This document shows positions 33,861-35,211 of a stretch of DNA of 35,211 nt, in pieces. The first letter of the stretch is position 1. Each line of letters opens with the position of its first letter. Source of the stretch: a virus (taxonomy: Duplodnaviria; Caudoviricetes); IMG/VR virus record IMGVR_UViG_3300024996_000147, positions 1 to 35,211 of that record; one strand, 5' to 3'. The notes under the pieces were generated by a model. That model was not told the origin of the DNA, searched no databases, and saw only the letters and a program-made list of their open reading frames with translations. The position numbers were made by a program, and so were the translations under genes.

Positions 33861-34499
33861 TCACGCTGCTGCCAGATCGATGGTGATGGCGCGCCAGGTA
33901 TCGGCGGCCGTCGTGCGCTCGTAAAACCGCACATACTGGCGCGAGCCGAGTACGCGGATGCTCTCGCGCAGCGCCGTCATGGCGCGCTGCCAGCGCTCGT
34001 CTTCGATGGCGAGGCGGAGTAACCCGAACAGCTCGGAGCGGTTGATCTGGCCCTCTTTTTCGACTGAGAAGGCGCGGTTGACGATGGCGCGGATCTCCGC
34101 CCGGCTCTCGGCGCCCCACTCGACCAGGCACTCGTCGATCAACTTCTTGGCGACCTGCAGCTCCGGCCCGAAATCGAGCTTGTCGGCGATCTGCACCTGG
34201 ACTTTCAACGTGCCGTCAAACGACACAAAGCTGACGTTGCCCTTGGGGCCGCCGGCGCGCGCGCCGTATTCTTGCTCCAGCAGGCTCTGCAGGCTGCCGA
34301 GATCGTCGAAGGTGTGGCCCTTGAAACGGGCGATCTGCGCCGATAGCTCGCGGGCATAGTCCATGCACTTGCGCACGATCTCGTCCATCAGCTTGTCGGC
34401 CGGCTTGACCAGCTCAAGCGGCACGAGCGAGCCCTTGGCATCGGGCATGTAGGATTTTCCGCCCACCTCGACGGTGCCGGCGGTGTCAAGCTGCTGCAT
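33861..34499 (-). CDS. DUF3164 family protein (Mu-like early region)
   Basis: YM.DAKG.LVP...VKP.DKL.D, GG.KGNV...SFDG, FGPELQ.AK.LIDEC, W..AM.A..ESI.V.GS..YVRFY.R. Confidence 0.9.
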   Translation of the reverse strand: MQQLDTAGTVEVGGKSYMPDAKGSLVPLELVKPADKLMDEIVRKCMDYARELSAQIARFKGHTFDDLGSLQSLLEQEYGARAGGPKGNVSFVSFDGTLKVQVQIADKLDFGPELQVAKKLIDECLVEWGAESRAEIRAIVNRAFSVEKEGQINRSELFGLLRLAIEDERWQRAMTALRESIRVLGSRQYVRFYERTTAADTWRAITIDLAAA

Positions 34500-35211
34500 C
34501 GGTTCTCTCCTGGGTGATGGTTTCGAGGTCGCGCACGGCGCGCTCAAAGGCTTCGCGGGTCGGCTTTTCCGCCCGCGTGTAGGCACTGGCGACCATGGCG
34601 GCGCGCGTGCTGACCACGCGATCGACGGCCTGGCGCAGGACGCCGTCGGAGGATGGCGGCGCCTGGCGCAGGCCGACGATCGTCGCCTTGAGCGCCACGA
34701 TCTCGGCGCGCTGACGCTCGGCGAGCTCTTGCAGCTGGCCGGCCTCGACGATGACCTCCTGGCGCTCCTCGCGGGCATTGAGCAGGGCGCGCGACAGCGC
34801 GAGCGCCTGATCGACCGAGAGGTTGGTGGCACGGGTCGGCGCATCGACGATCTGCAGGGCGATCGCGACGGGATCGATATCGCCGACCAGGGTGACGCCG
34901 GCCTTGAGGATGCCAGCCTCGGTCGTGCGCATGATATGGGCCAGCATGGCGAGGTCGCGCGCCAGGCCGGTATCGGTCTTTTCGGCCTCCTCCATGCGCT
35001 GGCAGCCATGGAGGATCGTTGTGTGGTCGCGATCGCCAAAGCGCTGACCGATCTCGACATAGGACAGGCCGGTCAGGCGGCGCGCTAGCAGCATGGCGAT
35101 CTGGCGCGGCCGCACGATGTTGATCGGCTTGCGGTGCGACAGGATGTCATTGACCGAGGCGCCATAAGCCATGGCGACGCAATCGACGATGACGGCGACG
35201 GAGAGGCTCAT
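34486..35211 (-). CDS. Protein with N-terminal DnaA domain IV (DnaA-box-binding HTH) and C-terminal coiled coil
   Basis: I...VA..YG.S..DILS.R....IVRPRQIAM.LARRLT.LSY.EIG..FG.RDHTTILHG; no AAA+ domain. Confidence 0.88.
   Translation of the reverse strand: MSLSVAVIVDCVAMAYGASVNDILSHRKPINIVRPRQIAMLLARRLTGLSYVEIGQRFGDRDHTTILHGCQRMEEAEKTDTGLARDLAMLAHIMRTTEAGILKAGVTLVGDIDPVAIALQIVDAPTRATNLSVDQALALSRALLNAREERQEVIVEAGQLQELAERQRAEIVALKATIVGLRQAPPSSDGVLRQAVDRVVSTRAAMVASAYTRAEKPTREAFERAVRDLETITQERTDAAA

Larger units (their letters stand above)
1218..35211 (-). mobile_element. Mu-like transposable prophage with P2-type contractile tail (right end to early region; continues beyond window)
   Basis: Terminal TG plus tandem repeats, then Mu-type gene order: DUF3164, GemA, Mor-like, lysis, gp25/26/27-like, terminase, DUF935 portal, MuF, protease I, gpT, gp35/gp36-like, tail, methylase. 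Confidence 0.95.

Overview
GC-rich alphaproteobacterial DNA (it carries GapR- and CtrA-like genes). Bases 1-1217 are a host recQ-family helicase gene that appears to be interrupted by a Mu-like transposable prophage. The prophage right end (TG at 1218 plus tandem transposase-site repeats) is visible, and the element fills the rest of the window on the minus strand. Reading from 35211 downward, the order is: semi-essential early genes, GemA, a Mor/C-like activator, lysis cassette, Mu-type packaging and head genes, a P2-type contractile tail, and a terminal D12-class adenine methylase. Transposase and repressor genes are not in the window. Most notable observations: (1) three identical 18-bp palindromes mark putative late promoters, each with a built-in barrier to translation from read-through mRNA (anti-SD arm inside the promoter, or a leaderless start); (2) an initiator-like tRNA-Met(CAT) with non-canonical determinants and a structured 3' trailer sits inside the head operon; (3) the early region clusters stand-alone homologues of host cell-cycle/chromosome regulators (DnaA domain IV, CtrA DNA-binding domain, GapR, ParB-like); (4) the MuF protein has a probable nuclease-fold extension; (5) a three-way-junction RNA replaces com upstream of the methylase. 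All family calls are from motif recognition and gene order, not database searches.
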